Origin: Myxococcota bacterium
GTDB lineage: Bacteria; Myxococcota_A; Polyangia; Nannocystales; Nannocystaceae
Reading direction: 5' to 3'
DNA length: 64,000 nucleotides
Assembly (NCBI GenBank): GCA_039028615.1
Contig: JBCCHT010000050.1
Coordinates: forward strand, 1 to 64,000
Both the position numbers and the translations under genes were made by a program. The notes under the pieces were generated by a model. The model did not search any database, was not told the origin of the DNA, and saw only the letters and a program-made list of their open reading frames with translations. Shown piece by piece: positions 1 to 12,968 of the stretch; position 1 is the first letter of the stretch; each line of letters begins with the position of its first letter.

Positions 1-276
1 GGGAGGGCTGAAGCGAAGCCGCGTAGGATGGAGGGGGCCCGGTCGCGCGGAGGCGGCCCCCGACTACCGTCGAGTAACACTCGAGTCTCACGGCCGCCGA
101 GCACGTCCGGGGAGGGTTCCATCCGTCAACAGGCGAGCCCTTCATTCGAACATTCGCCGCCGCACCGCAAGCACTCCACCCTCCGCAAGGAGCAGAACCC
201 ACCCTCCCTCCAAACGCACCAGGGCCCGATTCACACTCACGCGAACCGGGCCCCAGCCTCCGAAGAACCCGCTCGT

Positions 277-3420
<3,144 letters not shown>

Positions 3421-3580
3421 GGGGGTTTTCGTGGGGCTGTCAGCGGTCCGGGAAGACAGGGCGCGTTCCCGGCCGGCAAGGGGCGCAAAGGTACTGCTCG
3501 GTCGCGGCACGTGTCCACGCGCCGAGGACGCGGATCCGAGGGGTCCGGGGGTGGGCTATAGTCGCGGCCGAAGGCCCGCC

Positions 3581-4384
3581 ATGACTGAATCTGCGATCCT
3601 CGAGGTCCGCCACGTCCGTTTGGCCGATGAGGCCACGTTGAGCCCCGCGCCCCTCGCCGAAGGCGAAGAAGGCGTGTTCGTCGCGCTCGCCGAACCGCCC
3701 CCCGTGCGCACCGTGCTGTCGGTCGTCTCGGGCGACCAACGTCGCGCCCTGGAGGTCGCGCAGGTGGTCGAGGTCACCAGCCGTGACGAGCATGGCACGC
3801 GGGGCTTTTATGGCCGCTGGGTTGGCGAGGAGGCGCTCGAGCGCGCCGCGAAGGTGGGAACGGAACATCTTGAGGATGGGACGCCGGTCGTGCAGCCCGT
3901 CAGCAGAGACGATAACGCGGTGATCGTCGCATCTGACGCGCCGGTCATGGCCGTGCCTGCGCCGGTCATGAACGTCGACGACACGGGGGTCATCTCCGTC
4001 GGCGACCGTGAGGATGCCGACGACGTCGACGAGAACGCGATGACCGTGGCGCTGGACTCGGTGCCGGGCGAGGCGAGCGAGAGCGCCGAGTCCGAAGCCA
4101 CGGGCGAAGCGTCCGGGGACGACGGGTCCGCCGAGGCGACCGAGGCCTCCGAAGATTCTCCCGTGCAGGCGCCGGCCGAAGACGCCGAGGCCTCCGAGGA
4201 CTCTCCCGTACAGGCTCAGGCCGAGACCGCCGAGGCTTCCGAAGACTCCCCGGTCCAAGCGCAGCCCGAAGAAGCCTCCGCCGAGAGCGAGCCCGCCGCA
4301 GCCGAGGCGGCCCCCGCCAAGAACGAGGGCGGCGGACGTCGCTCGCGGGGGGGTCGAAAGAAGCGGGGCCGGCGTAAGCGGTGA
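3581..4384 (+). CDS. Hypothetical protein with acidic low-complexity repeats and a basic C-terminal tail
   Basis: ATG 3581 (MTESAILEVR); stop overlaps next start (GTGA); acidic repeats and a tail ending RKKRGRRKR. Confidence 0.75.
   Translation: MTESAILEVRHVRLADEATLSPAPLAEGEEGVFVALAEPPPVRTVLSVVSGDQRRALEVAQVVEVTSRDEHGTRGFYGRWVGEEALERAAKVGTEHLEDGTPVVQPVSRDDNAVIVASDAPVMAVPAPVMNVDDTGVISVGDREDADDVDENAMTVALDSVPGEASESAESEATGEASGDDGSAEATEASEDSPVQAPAEDAEASEDSPVQAQAETAEASEDSPVQAQPEEASAESEPAAAEAAPAKNEGGGRRSRGGRKKRGRRKR
4141..4275 (+). repeat. Three 45-bp tandem coding repeats (EASEDSPVQA-containing 15-aa unit)
   Basis: Units start at 4141, 4186 and 4231; nucleotide differences are mainly synonymous. 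Confidence 0.85.
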
Positions 4385-5307
4385 GCTCCCTCCCGAACGC
4401 CGTCCGCCCCGGCGACCGCGTGCACGTGGTCGCCCCCTCGGGCCCGGTGCCAGCCGAGCGCTTCGATCGTGGCCTCCGGGTCGTGCGACGCGAACTCGAA
4501 GTCGACCCGATCCTGGCGGACAACATTCACGAGCAAGAGGGCTACTTCGCCGGCTCGGACCAGCTGCGCCTTCGCTGCCTGCACGCCGCCTTGGGTGACG
4601 CCGACGCGAGCGCAGTGTTGTGCGCGCGCGGAGGCTACGGGGCCACGCGCCTGCTCGGGGCCCTCGACCCGGAGCGGCTGCGCGCCAACCCCAAGCTCAT
4701 CGTCGGCTTCTCGGACATCACGGCGCTGCTGTGCTGGGCCTGGGCGCGCGCGGGCGTGCCGTCGATCCACGGCCCGGTCGTCACCCAGCTGTCCACGGTG
4801 AGCCCCGACGACGTGCAGCGCCTCGAGGATCTGCTGCGCGGCCAGGTCCCGCCTCCGCTCGAGGCGACCGAGGGCACCGTGCTGCACGGCGGCACGGTCG
4901 AGGGCACGCTCATCGCCGCCAACCTCGAGATCCTGCGCTCGCTCATCGGCACCAAGTTCATGCCCTCGATGGCGGGGGCAATCCTGGCCATCGAAGACGT
5001 GGGCGAGCGCCCCTACCGGATCGACCGCATGCTGACCCACCTGCTCAGCGCGGGCGCCCTGCGGGGGGTCCGAGGCGTGGTGGTGGGCCAGCTCAGCCGC
5101 TGCGAAGAGCCCGAGGGCGGCCAGTACGGCCCCGATGCCCTCGAGGCGGTGGTCGAGCGGCTGTCGACGCTGGGCGTGCCCGTGGTGACCGGGTTTCCCT
5201 TTGGCCACGACGCCCAGCACAATGCGCCCCTTCCCTTCGGTGCCAAGGTTCGGCTCGCCGCCGACGACTGCACGATGCTCTTCCTCGAGCCCGTCGCCCA
5301 CGCATGA
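4381..5307 (+). CDS. LD-carboxypeptidase (peptidase S66, LdcA-like)
   Basis: RGGYG, GFSDIT (catalytic Ser), EDVGE (Glu) and FGH (His) motifs. Confidence 0.92.
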   Translation: MSSLPNAVRPGDRVHVVAPSGPVPAERFDRGLRVVRRELEVDPILADNIHEQEGYFAGSDQLRLRCLHAALGDADASAVLCARGGYGATRLLGALDPERLRANPKLIVGFSDITALLCWAWARAGVPSIHGPVVTQLSTVSPDDVQRLEDLLRGQVPPPLEATEGTVLHGGTVEGTLIAANLEILRSLIGTKFMPSMAGAILAIEDVGERPYRIDRMLTHLLSAGALRGVRGVVVGQLSRCEEPEGGQYGPDALEAVVERLSTLGVPVVTGFPFGHDAQHNAPLPFGAKVRLAADDCTMLFLEPVAHA

Positions 5308-5924
5308 ACCCGCCCTCGGAGCTCGGACCCTGGCTCTTCATCGCCATCGCCGTGCTGGGCGTGGTGGTGCTGGGCTGGCTATGGTTCCGCCGACCCAGCG
5401 GCACCGACCGACTCGAGTCGGACGCCTGCGATCCCTATCGCCGCTGGGTGCAGAACGTGTTCCTGTTGGTGACCACCGACTGCGACTACGGGCACCTGCC
5501 GGGGGCCGAGGCGCGCCGCATCCTCGCGCACTGGTGGGACGTGTACGGCCCGCTCGAGCATCGCCGCACGCTCGAGCAGCTGGGCCACGCCCCGCACCAG
5601 GACCACGCCTGGGACCTGATTCGCTTCATCTTGGTGTCCCGCCTCGGCGCGGCGGCCAGCCTCTGTGACGACGACGTCAGCTGGGCCGAGATTCTCCCCG
5701 TCGCCCGACGCCTGCAGGCGGCCTACTCCGGCTGGCGCCCCATGGCCCGCGCCTACCTCCTCGCTCGCCGCCAATCCAAGGGCCTGTCCCTCGACGGCTG
5801 CGCCGACGACCTCAGCATGCAGCAACTCCTCGACAACCTCGCCCGTCTCGACGACACCCGCTGGGCCGAGCAGCCCTTCGACACGCCGCTGTGCATCGAC
5901 TACGCCGAGGTGATCGATGGGTGA
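5304..5924 (+). CDS. Membrane-anchored DUF1266-like protein
   Basis: ATGA overlap with upstream gene; N-terminal TM helix; AWDLIRFILVSRLG...YSGWRPMARAYLLAR pattern resembles DUF1266. Confidence 0.6.
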   Translation: MNPPSELGPWLFIAIAVLGVVVLGWLWFRRPSGTDRLESDACDPYRRWVQNVFLLVTTDCDYGHLPGAEARRILAHWWDVYGPLEHRRTLEQLGHAPHQDHAWDLIRFILVSRLGAAASLCDDDVSWAEILPVARRLQAAYSGWRPMARAYLLARRQSKGLSLDGCADDLSMQQLLDNLARLDDTRWAEQPFDTPLCIDYAEVIDG

Positions 5925-7182
5925 GCGAAAGGGACGACGCCGACGCGGACGCCGTCGTGGGCCTCCGATGCCCCCGCCCCCGCCCGGTCTCGAAGTGGAC
6001 CAGGTGGTCGAAGCCACGGTGACCGGAATCGCGCCCAAGGGCGACGGCGTGGGCACGCTCGGCGAAAAGGCGTTCTTCGCCGCGGGCACCATCCCCGGCG
6101 AGACCATCTCCGTTCGAATTCGCCGCCACCGCCGGGAGTGGATCGCCGTCGACGTGCTCGAAGTGCTCGAGCCCTCGCCCGACCGCGTGACGCCCCGCTG
6201 CCCGCTCTTCGAGCAGTGCGCCGGCTGCCAGTTCCAACACGTCGCCTACCCCCGCCAGCTCGAGTTCAAGCGCTCCATCGTGCTGGAGCGGCTGCGCGAG
6301 TACGGCGACTTCGAAGACCCCCCGGTGCCGCCCATGGTCGGCGCCGAAGACCCGTGGCACTACCGCAACCACGGCCGCTTCACCGTCAAGGACGGCCAGC
6401 TCGGCTTCGTACGGCATTTCCGGCGCGAGTTCCTGCCCGTGCCCCACTGCCACATCATGGAGCCGGCCATCAACGAGGTGCTCGACAACCTCCAGGGACG
6501 GCTGCAGGGCTCCACGCAGTGCAACGTGAGGGTCGGTCACCCCGCCGGCTCCATCATGATCCAGCCCAAGCTCGACGTGCCCGATGCACCGCCGAGCGGG
6601 CAGAAGATGCTGGTCGACGAGCTGCTCGGACGCTCGTTTCGGGTCTCGGCCGCCGCGTTCTTCCAGGTCAACCGGGCGCAGGCCGAGCGCCTGATCGAGC
6701 TGGCCTGCGAGCGAATCGGCGCGGGGCCCTCGGGGGTGGTGGTCGACGCCTACGCCGGGGTGGGCACCTTTGCCGTGCTCATGGCGCCCCACGTCAAAAC
6801 GGTGATCGCGATCGAAGAATCGGGTCCTGCCGTCGAAGACGCTCGCCACAACGCGGCCGGGATCGACAACATCGAGTTCCGACTCGGCAAGACCGAGGAC
6901 ATTCTGGGACAGCTGGAAGGCCCGGTGGATGCGATCGTGCTCGACCCTCCCCGCAGCGGGTGCCAGCCCTCGGCCCTGGAAGCGGTCATCAAACATGGTC
7001 CAGCTCGCGTCGTTTACGTGTCCTGTGACCCGGAGACACTGGCTCGCGACCTCCGGGTGCTGGTCGACGCCTCGCCGGGATTCGATCTGATCGAAGTTCA
7101 GCCGGTCGACATGTTCCCGCAGACGCACCACATCGAGTGCGTCGCGACGCTGCAGCGCCGAGACGAACCCACGCCCGAATGA
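5917..7182 (+). CDS. rlmD: 23S rRNA m5U methyltransferase, RlmD/TrmA family
   Basis: TRAM-like N-terminus, Fe-S motif CPLFEQCAGC, LDPPRSG, YVSCDPETLARD, DMFPQTHHIE. Confidence 0.88.
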   Translation: MGERKGRRRRGRRRGPPMPPPPPGLEVDQVVEATVTGIAPKGDGVGTLGEKAFFAAGTIPGETISVRIRRHRREWIAVDVLEVLEPSPDRVTPRCPLFEQCAGCQFQHVAYPRQLEFKRSIVLERLREYGDFEDPPVPPMVGAEDPWHYRNHGRFTVKDGQLGFVRHFRREFLPVPHCHIMEPAINEVLDNLQGRLQGSTQCNVRVGHPAGSIMIQPKLDVPDAPPSGQKMLVDELLGRSFRVSAAAFFQVNRAQAERLIELACERIGAGPSGVVVDAYAGVGTFAVLMAPHVKTVIAIEESGPAVEDARHNAAGIDNIEFRLGKTEDILGQLEGPVDAIVLDPPRSGCQPSALEAVIKHGPARVVYVSCDPETLARDLRVLVDASPGFDLIEVQPVDMFPQTHHIECVATLQRRDEPTPE

Positions 7183-7239
7183 CGCAGCGCGTCACCTCGT
7201 GGTGAAGGTGGGGTGAACACGCGCCCCGCATGTGTCACC

Positions 7240-7815
7240 ATGAGCTTCGTGCGAGTCTCTGGGGGAACGGTACGAGCACGCGAACTCTTCGTACGTTCGA
7301 AGGGTCCGGACGCATGGGCCAAGGTTCTCGCCGAGGTCTCTCCGCAGACCCGCGAAGCCGCCGAAGCGGGGATCTTGGAGACACGCTGGTATCCCTACGA
7401 GATCCTCGTGGACATCAGCTCCACCGCCGACCGCGTGCTCGGGCAAGGAGACATGGCGCTGTGCCACGAGATGGGGCGCTTCTCCTGCGAGGTCACCCTG
7501 ACCACCGTGCATCGCCTCTTGCTCAAGTTCGGCAACGTGGGGCACCTGGTCGAGCGAGCCTCCACCGCCTGGCGCACCCAGTTCGACAAGGGCGAGTTCG
7601 TCGTCCACGAAAAGAGCCCCGACCTGTACATCTTCGAGGTCCGCGGCGTGCCCGACCCCAGCCGGGCACACTGTGCCGCGATCACGGGATGGATGGCTCG
7701 GGCCGCCGAGCTCTCTGGTGAGGACGACTTCCAGTACGAGGAAAAGTGCCGAGCCCTCGGCCACCCCTACTGCTTGTGGACCTTCACTCGCCGTCCCCTG
7801 CCCGGGTTCACCTGA
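7240..7815 (+). CDS. Myxobacterial conserved protein (DUF2378/V4R-like small-ligand-binding fold)
   Basis: WYP motif and C-terminal C...GW...C...C pattern; family call is tentative. Confidence 0.55.
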   Translation: MSFVRVSGGTVRARELFVRSKGPDAWAKVLAEVSPQTREAAEAGILETRWYPYEILVDISSTADRVLGQGDMALCHEMGRFSCEVTLTTVHRLLLKFGNVGHLVERASTAWRTQFDKGEFVVHEKSPDLYIFEVRGVPDPSRAHCAAITGWMARAAELSGEDDFQYEEKCRALGHPYCLWTFTRRPLPGFT

Positions 7816-7826
7816 GCCGGCGGCGC

Positions 7827-7860
7827 AAAAAGAAAAAGGCCACGCTGGACGAGCGTGACC
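7827..7860 (-). terminator. Rho-independent terminator (minus strand)
   Basis: Minus strand reads GGUCACGCU-CGUCC-AGCGUGGCC followed by UUUUUCUUUUU. Confidence 0.75.
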
Positions 7861-8125
7861 TCTAAAGAACGACCCGGGATGGCACCCCACGATCCCGCGG
7901 GTGTGTGGCCTGCGGAAGTTTGTCTGTGCGGGACTCGTGGACTACGACGAAGCACTCTGCATATGGCGGAGGGCTCGCGTGGGATGCCTACCCAGATCGG
8001 GACCAAAATGCGCCGTGGCTGTCTCCAGCCCGTGCGAATCAAGGGATTCAATCAGTACATGGCGGAAGCGGGGTGGGTCCTTCACCCCAACTTCATTTTT
8101 TTCTCGACCTTTGTTGCCCGGCCGT

Positions 8126-9367
8126 TTAGCCGGCCGGCGAAGTCACCGGAGGCTGCCCAGAACAGCCCCAGTGCACGCCATCCAGCACCACCGCGGTGTC
8201 GACGATGGCATCGGTCATGTCGAACAACGCGAAGATCAACTCGATCTCCTCGCCGGGCACGACAGGTGCGATCGTTTCTAGCCACCGCGTACCGGCGTGC
8301 CCATCCATCGCGAAGCCGTCGAGCTCGGGCGCCACGCAGGGATCTTTCGTGCACAGCGGCGACTCGGCATCGAGGTAGTCGAGGAAGACACCGTTGATCG
8401 AGATGGGATGACCTAGTTCGTCGAACGAGATGTTCCCGGTCCAAGCCTCCGACTCGAGCCAGGCGATGTACATGTCGTTGAACGGCATGTCCGTCTGCTC
8501 GCCATTGGCGGAGAAACCCGGATACTCGGCCGAGAAGAACGCGAACTGATAGACGATCGCGTCGGCCTCCTCGGGGACCTTGGCGACCAGTCGCATCTCG
8601 GCGTAGTCGTAGGTGCCTTGGCCTGCGTCCCACTCCTCTTGCAGGGTGTTGGAGCAGTCGCCCGTGCCGACGAGGGATGGATCGTCGAAACAGTTCTTGG
8701 ACTCGTGCACCCGGCCGACGTCGATCGGCGGAGGCAGAGTGGTGAGCTGGACGTCGGGCTGCAGCGCGGTGCTCAGACAAACACCGACATCATCACAGCC
8801 GAGGTCGGCCCGACTGCGGGGCAAGTCGGAGGCACGACCGGTGGACAGCACCACCATGCGCTCGCCTTCACGGGGCGAGTAGACACCATTCGTGCCAAGG
8901 GTTCCCTCGAGGACGAACAGCGCCTCGGGGTCTCCCGTAAAGGTCGTCTCGATGCGATCGAATCCGTCGCACGCCACTCCGAGCGCATGCCAGGGACCGT
9001 CGTCGAGGTGATCGCAGCTCGTGGTCGACGGCGCGAGACAAACTTCGGCCCAGTCGGCCACGCCGACATCGAAGAACACGGGATCCGAATCGCCGCCACC
9101 GCCTCCGCCACCGGAGCCGGCACCGTCGTCGTCACTGACCTGTGACCCGGTGCTCGCGGCACCCGACGTGGCCGCGCCGGACTGGCCGCCTTCGTCGTCG
9201 CCGTCGTCGCTGCCGAAGGCCGCACTCGCGTTCGAACCGACGAGTCCGTACACGTTGCATCCCATCGATGCAGCCACGGCCACCAGGGTGGTGACTCGCG
9301 AACATGGACCCCATCCCAGCACGCTGCCGAAACCATAGCGCGGCTCGGCGCCCCCGCGCGAGGTCAT
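8126..9367 (-). CDS. Secreted lipoprotein, choice-of-anchor L-like domain
   Basis: Lipobox-like SMGC, Gly/Ser/Asp-rich linker, motifs VVLSTG, FFSAEYP, FNDMY, ISFD, DTAVVLD; start uncertain. Confidence 0.65.
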   Translation of the reverse strand: MTSRGGAEPRYGFGSVLGWGPCSRVTTLVAVAASMGCNVYGLVGSNASAAFGSDDGDDEGGQSGAATSGAASTGSQVSDDDGAGSGGGGGGGDSDPVFFDVGVADWAEVCLAPSTTSCDHLDDGPWHALGVACDGFDRIETTFTGDPEALFVLEGTLGTNGVYSPREGERMVVLSTGRASDLPRSRADLGCDDVGVCLSTALQPDVQLTTLPPPIDVGRVHESKNCFDDPSLVGTGDCSNTLQEEWDAGQGTYDYAEMRLVAKVPEEADAIVYQFAFFSAEYPGFSANGEQTDMPFNDMYIAWLESEAWTGNISFDELGHPISINGVFLDYLDAESPLCTKDPCVAPELDGFAMDGHAGTRWLETIAPVVPGEEIELIFALFDMTDAIVDTAVVLDGVHWGCSGQPPVTSPAG

Positions 9368-9431
9368 GCAACGAAGATCACAGCGCTACGACATCGGGTC
9401 GCAGCGATCCGCGCGAGGCCACAAACGGGCC

Positions 9432-10247
9432 TCAGTCGGCCGCTAGCGCCCGTCGAACGGCTGCCGCATGAGCGCCGCGACCGTACTTCGTGAGAAAGGC
9501 ATCAGCGCGTTGCTGCGCTTGATCACGTCGGCCGAGTCGGACGAGCGCCAGGATTTCGATCGCGCGTCGCTCCTCGATCAATTGACCGTCGGAAAATTCT
9601 TTCTCGGCTTCGTGCACGAGTCGCAGCGACTTGCCCGGGTTGCTCTCCAGGCTCGCTCGCGCGGCGGCAATTTTCTTGGCCTCTCGCAGCACCGCATCGT
9701 CGGCCGCGGGCGCACCCGCGCTGGCCGACTTGGCCGAACGGTGGGAGCGCTTGGCTGCCTTGCGTGCCTCGGCCGGCTCGATCTCGACCGGCGTCGCTTC
9801 GACGGCGTCGGCGGTGGGAAGCTCGGCCGGCTCTTCGGGCGCGGCCGCGGGCTCGGGCTTGGTGACCGGGGTCGGCGGAATCTCGACGCCCTCGATCAAG
9901 ACCGCGGGGTTGGTTCGCCCGCTCGCGTTCGGCGTGGCCGCGACCGGAGCCGGGCCTTGCGTCACGAGCGCGGGCGCCGACGCGGCCGACCCCGAGGGGC
10001 CGGACATCCCGACCCACAGCCCGATGGCTCCGGCGGTGATGACGGCACCGATGCCCACCTTGGCCAGCAGCGACAACCCGGTACTGGTCACGGTGGTCGA
10101 CGTGGTCGCCGTTGCCGCGGTGAGAGAAGCGAGTCCAGCGGACAAGTCCAACCCCTCGACGGTGGCGAGGCTGGCTTCGGTCAAGTCACCGCGAAGTGCG
10201 GCGTTAGCGGAAATATCTTCGAGCAATCGGGGGGGATCGACGGTCAT
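9432..10247 (-). CDS. Putative anti-sigma factor (single TM, Pro/Ala linker, C-terminal TPR-like helices)
   Basis: Coupled to the ECF sigma gene by a 4-nt overlap; one TM helix; C-terminal FSDGQLIEERRAIEILAL...FLTKYGRG. Confidence 0.65.
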   Translation of the reverse strand: MTVDPPRLLEDISANAALRGDLTEASLATVEGLDLSAGLASLTAATATTSTTVTSTGLSLLAKVGIGAVITAGAIGLWVGMSGPSGSAASAPALVTQGPAPVAATPNASGRTNPAVLIEGVEIPPTPVTKPEPAAAPEEPAELPTADAVEATPVEIEPAEARKAAKRSHRSAKSASAGAPAADDAVLREAKKIAAARASLESNPGKSLRLVHEAEKEFSDGQLIEERRAIEILALVRLGRRDQAQQRADAFLTKYGRGAHAAAVRRALAAD

Positions 10248-10843
10248 GCTCGTGCTCCTGCAACTGCCCCGTGCATCAGCTCGCGGGCGGAAGGAGTTTC
10301 CTCGACCAATCGTTCGTGAACTCTGGCGAACTCACGGCGGGCCGAGTGGAGACGGGAGTAGACGGTGCCCACGGGGATCCCGAGTCCCTGGGCGATGACA
10401 TCACAGCTCTCCCCTTCCAGCTCGTACAAGATGAAGACTGCACGCTTTTCCGGGGTGAGTGTGTTGAGAGCGGTCTGAACGCGCGCAAGGGCCTGACGCT
10501 TCTCGGTGCGCTCGGCGGGAGAGCTGGCCTGGGACGGGGCCATGATGACGCTCTCGGTATCGAAGTCCTCGAGCTTTCGGCGGGACTTCTTGCGGCGGTC
10601 GGAAAAAACACGGAACGAGATCTCAGCAAGCCAGGTCGTGGGTTTGGCCCTATCTGGAACAAACCCGCCCCGGCGGTGGGCGACCAAGAACACCTCTTGG
10701 ATGAGGTCGGGGACATCTTGACCACGGGCTCCCAAACGCATCAGGAATCGCGCGACAAAATCGGCATGCGCTCGGTAGAGCGCTTCCGCATCGAGGTGCT
10801 CGCCTGTCACCGTCTTTCGTCTGGGAGTCTTCGCTCTCTTCAT
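10244..10843 (-). CDS. ECF RNA polymerase sigma factor
   Basis: Region 2 (DLIQEVFLVAHR...TWL) and region 4 HTH (IAQGLGIPVGTVYSRL). Confidence 0.92.
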   Translation of the reverse strand: MKRAKTPRRKTVTGEHLDAEALYRAHADFVARFLMRLGARGQDVPDLIQEVFLVAHRRGGFVPDRAKPTTWLAEISFRVFSDRRKKSRRKLEDFDTESVIMAPSQASSPAERTEKRQALARVQTALNTLTPEKRAVFILYELEGESCDVIAQGLGIPVGTVYSRLHSARREFARVHERLVEETPSARELMHGAVAGARA

Positions 10844-10864
10844 GGCGTCACCCGTCGAGCTCCT

Positions 10865-12004
10865 TCACCGTAATACGACGATCAGTCCCAAACCGAGCAG
10901 GGCTCCGACGCGGGGCAGCGCACTGATCGTGTGAGGTTCCATATCGGTCCCCACCTGGAAGACGGGTCGAACCGCGGTAATCACGCCCTCGATCCCCATC
11001 GAGACCCGAACGCGAGGCCCCAGCGCCACCCGCACATCACCGCCAAAGGTCGGAGCGACCCACGGCAGCGTGATCCGATAGTCCCGCATCGATCCCTGAC
11101 CTTCGCCGATGGCGGCGCCGAACATCGCACCGAGACATCCGCGAGGCCGAAGGTTCTTGTTCCGTCCCACCCACGGGCCCGCACACGCGTTGGCCCGACC
11201 CGCGACCAGAGCCACGTCGAGCAGCACCCCATCGATGGGCCGCGCCCCGCTGGACGACGCCATGAGCCCGAGCTCGAAGTCGAGCAGAGAACGCCAGCCG
11301 AACTCGACGCCGAGGGTACCGCCGCCGCCTACATCGGGGGGCACGTTGTAGCCCGCCAAGGCGCGGACCTTGGCGCGGACCTGCCAGTTCGCTTCGGGCT
11401 CGGAGAGATCGACCGTCGAAGGAGACGAGCGCGGCTCGCCTTCCGGTTCGGGCTCCGGCTCCGGCTCCGGTTCGGGCTCCGGCTCCGGTTCGGGCTCCGG
11501 CTCCGGCTCCGGCTCCGGCTCAGCGATGACTCCGACCGCCTCGAGCACGGTGGCATCGACCGCCATCGCGATGGCCAGCGCCACGACGGCATGCAGATCC
11601 TCGCATCGCGACGGACCCGGTTCGAACTCGCGCTCCGACAGCACCGTGCCGCGATCTTGGAGCGTGTACCGAAGCACTCGCGATCGGGTGGAGTCTCCTT
11701 CGACGACGATGGTGAGGCGTGCGTCGAGTTCATCCCGACCGAGCCAGCCGACGATCTGCTCCGAGAGTCGATCGTGCTCGAGACACGTCGCCCCGGGATC
11801 GACGATCAATGCGTCGGCGGTGGCGACCGTCGGAGCATTCGATTCCGCGTCCGCGTCGTCGGGCGCGACGCTCACCGCGGGTGCAGTGTCGGGCGCGGGC
11901 GCAGACGCAGGCGCCTGGTGAGCTCGAGCCGAGCTCGGTGCGAGGACCCACCCGACGCCAATGCAGGCGACGGCCCAGGTCAGCACGCTCCGAGTTCCAA
12001 ACAC
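10865..12004 (-). CDS. Exported protein with (PE)n linker and C-terminal beta-strand-rich domain
   Basis: Signal peptide ending ARA; (PE)n tract; alternating hydrophobic C-terminal strands; first gene of the ECF cluster. Confidence 0.7.
   Translation of the reverse strand: MFGTRSVLTWAVACIGVGWVLAPSSARAHQAPASAPAPDTAPAVSVAPDDADAESNAPTVATADALIVDPGATCLEHDRLSEQIVGWLGRDELDARLTIVVEGDSTRSRVLRYTLQDRGTVLSEREFEPGPSRCEDLHAVVALAIAMAVDATVLEAVGVIAEPEPEPEPEPEPEPEPEPEPEPEPEPEGEPRSSPSTVDLSEPEANWQVRAKVRALAGYNVPPDVGGGGTLGVEFGWRSLLDFELGLMASSSGARPIDGVLLDVALVAGRANACAGPWVGRNKNLRPRGCLGAMFGAAIGEGQGSMRDYRITLPWVAPTFGGDVRVALGPRVRVSMGIEGVITAVRPVFQVGTDMEPHTISALPRVGALLGLGLIVVLR
11441..11521 (-). repeat. Hexanucleotide coding microsatellite encoding a (PE)n tract
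   Basis: Tandem CCGGCT/CCGGTT/CGGGCT units. Confidence 0.9.
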
Positions 12005-12213
12005 GGTGAGTCATGGTGTCATACGAGCACTTTTCGTGCCGTGCCCGTCGAAGACGTTTTGGTGACGACGCAAACCCTCGAACCGCGTTGTCTGGCGGTC
12101 AGCGCAAGACGACGTGATGCAACGCAAGGAATGCGTCGTTTCGGCGAACCCACCGCCCGTCGGTCGAAGGTGAGCGTGTCTTCGTCACTATCGTCGCAGG
12201 AGATCCATGAAGC

Positions 12214-12341
12214 GGGCCATGTGTGCGAAAGAGGGACCCAGTTGCTCCCGGACAACCCGCGACGATAGGGACGAAGCGCGCTCGTCCCCTGCCGTCGCGG
12301 GACATCACGGGAGCTGGGCCATGAATGCGAAAGAGGAACCC
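12214..12341. repeat. Two 26-bp direct repeats flanking a long nested hairpin
   Basis: GGGCCATGtgTGCGAAAGAGGgACCC (12214-12239) and GGGCCATGaaTGCGAAAGAGGaACCC (12316-12341), 3 mismatches; nested stems lie between them. Confidence 0.7.
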
Positions 12342-12968
12342 GTTTTCGCGCCCAGACATCCTGCGACGGCAGGGGGCGAGCGCGGGCCATCCGAGCTGCG
12401 AGCACACGAAAACCAACCGCGGCCATCGGCGCGGCGAATTGGCTGTCGTGTCGCTCGAGCACGGGGCCCGACTCGACCTTCAGACCGCAGCGCCCGAGCG
12501 ACGACACGACGAGGTCGTGTTCGATCGGTGCGCCGCTGCCTGGGAAGCGCCGGGATTCGGGAGAATCGGGGGGCTTCCCAGACTCGCGTGTGGATGGCCG
12601 TCCCGACGTGCGCGGGAGGAGCGATACTCGGGTCTCGAGACCGGGAACCGGAAGGGAACCGAGATTGAAAACGCTACGAGTGCACGCGTCGGGCGATCAT
12701 CAACATGCGGTGCGAGCGAAGTACTGCTCGCCGAGATTCTGTTGCATGGTGATCGAAAGCATGACGCGTTGCTCCTGTCGAAGCGTTACGGTCGAGATAG
12801 ACGGCAAAGAGTCCTACGTCAAGCAATCATTCGGCCGTTTTTTTTCGTGCGGGTCCTCCCGCGTTCGAAGGTGCGAAAAAATCACCCGTGGCACGTATCA
12901 CTATGACTCTCGGTGACGTGACACCTACGAGGCTCGGCGGGGTTCCAAAGCCGAGTCCCTCTCGTCCG

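Noticed and set aside
12214..12341. Possible CRISPR mini-array
   Set aside because: Only two imperfect repeats, a 76-nt self-complementary spacer and no cas genes in the window
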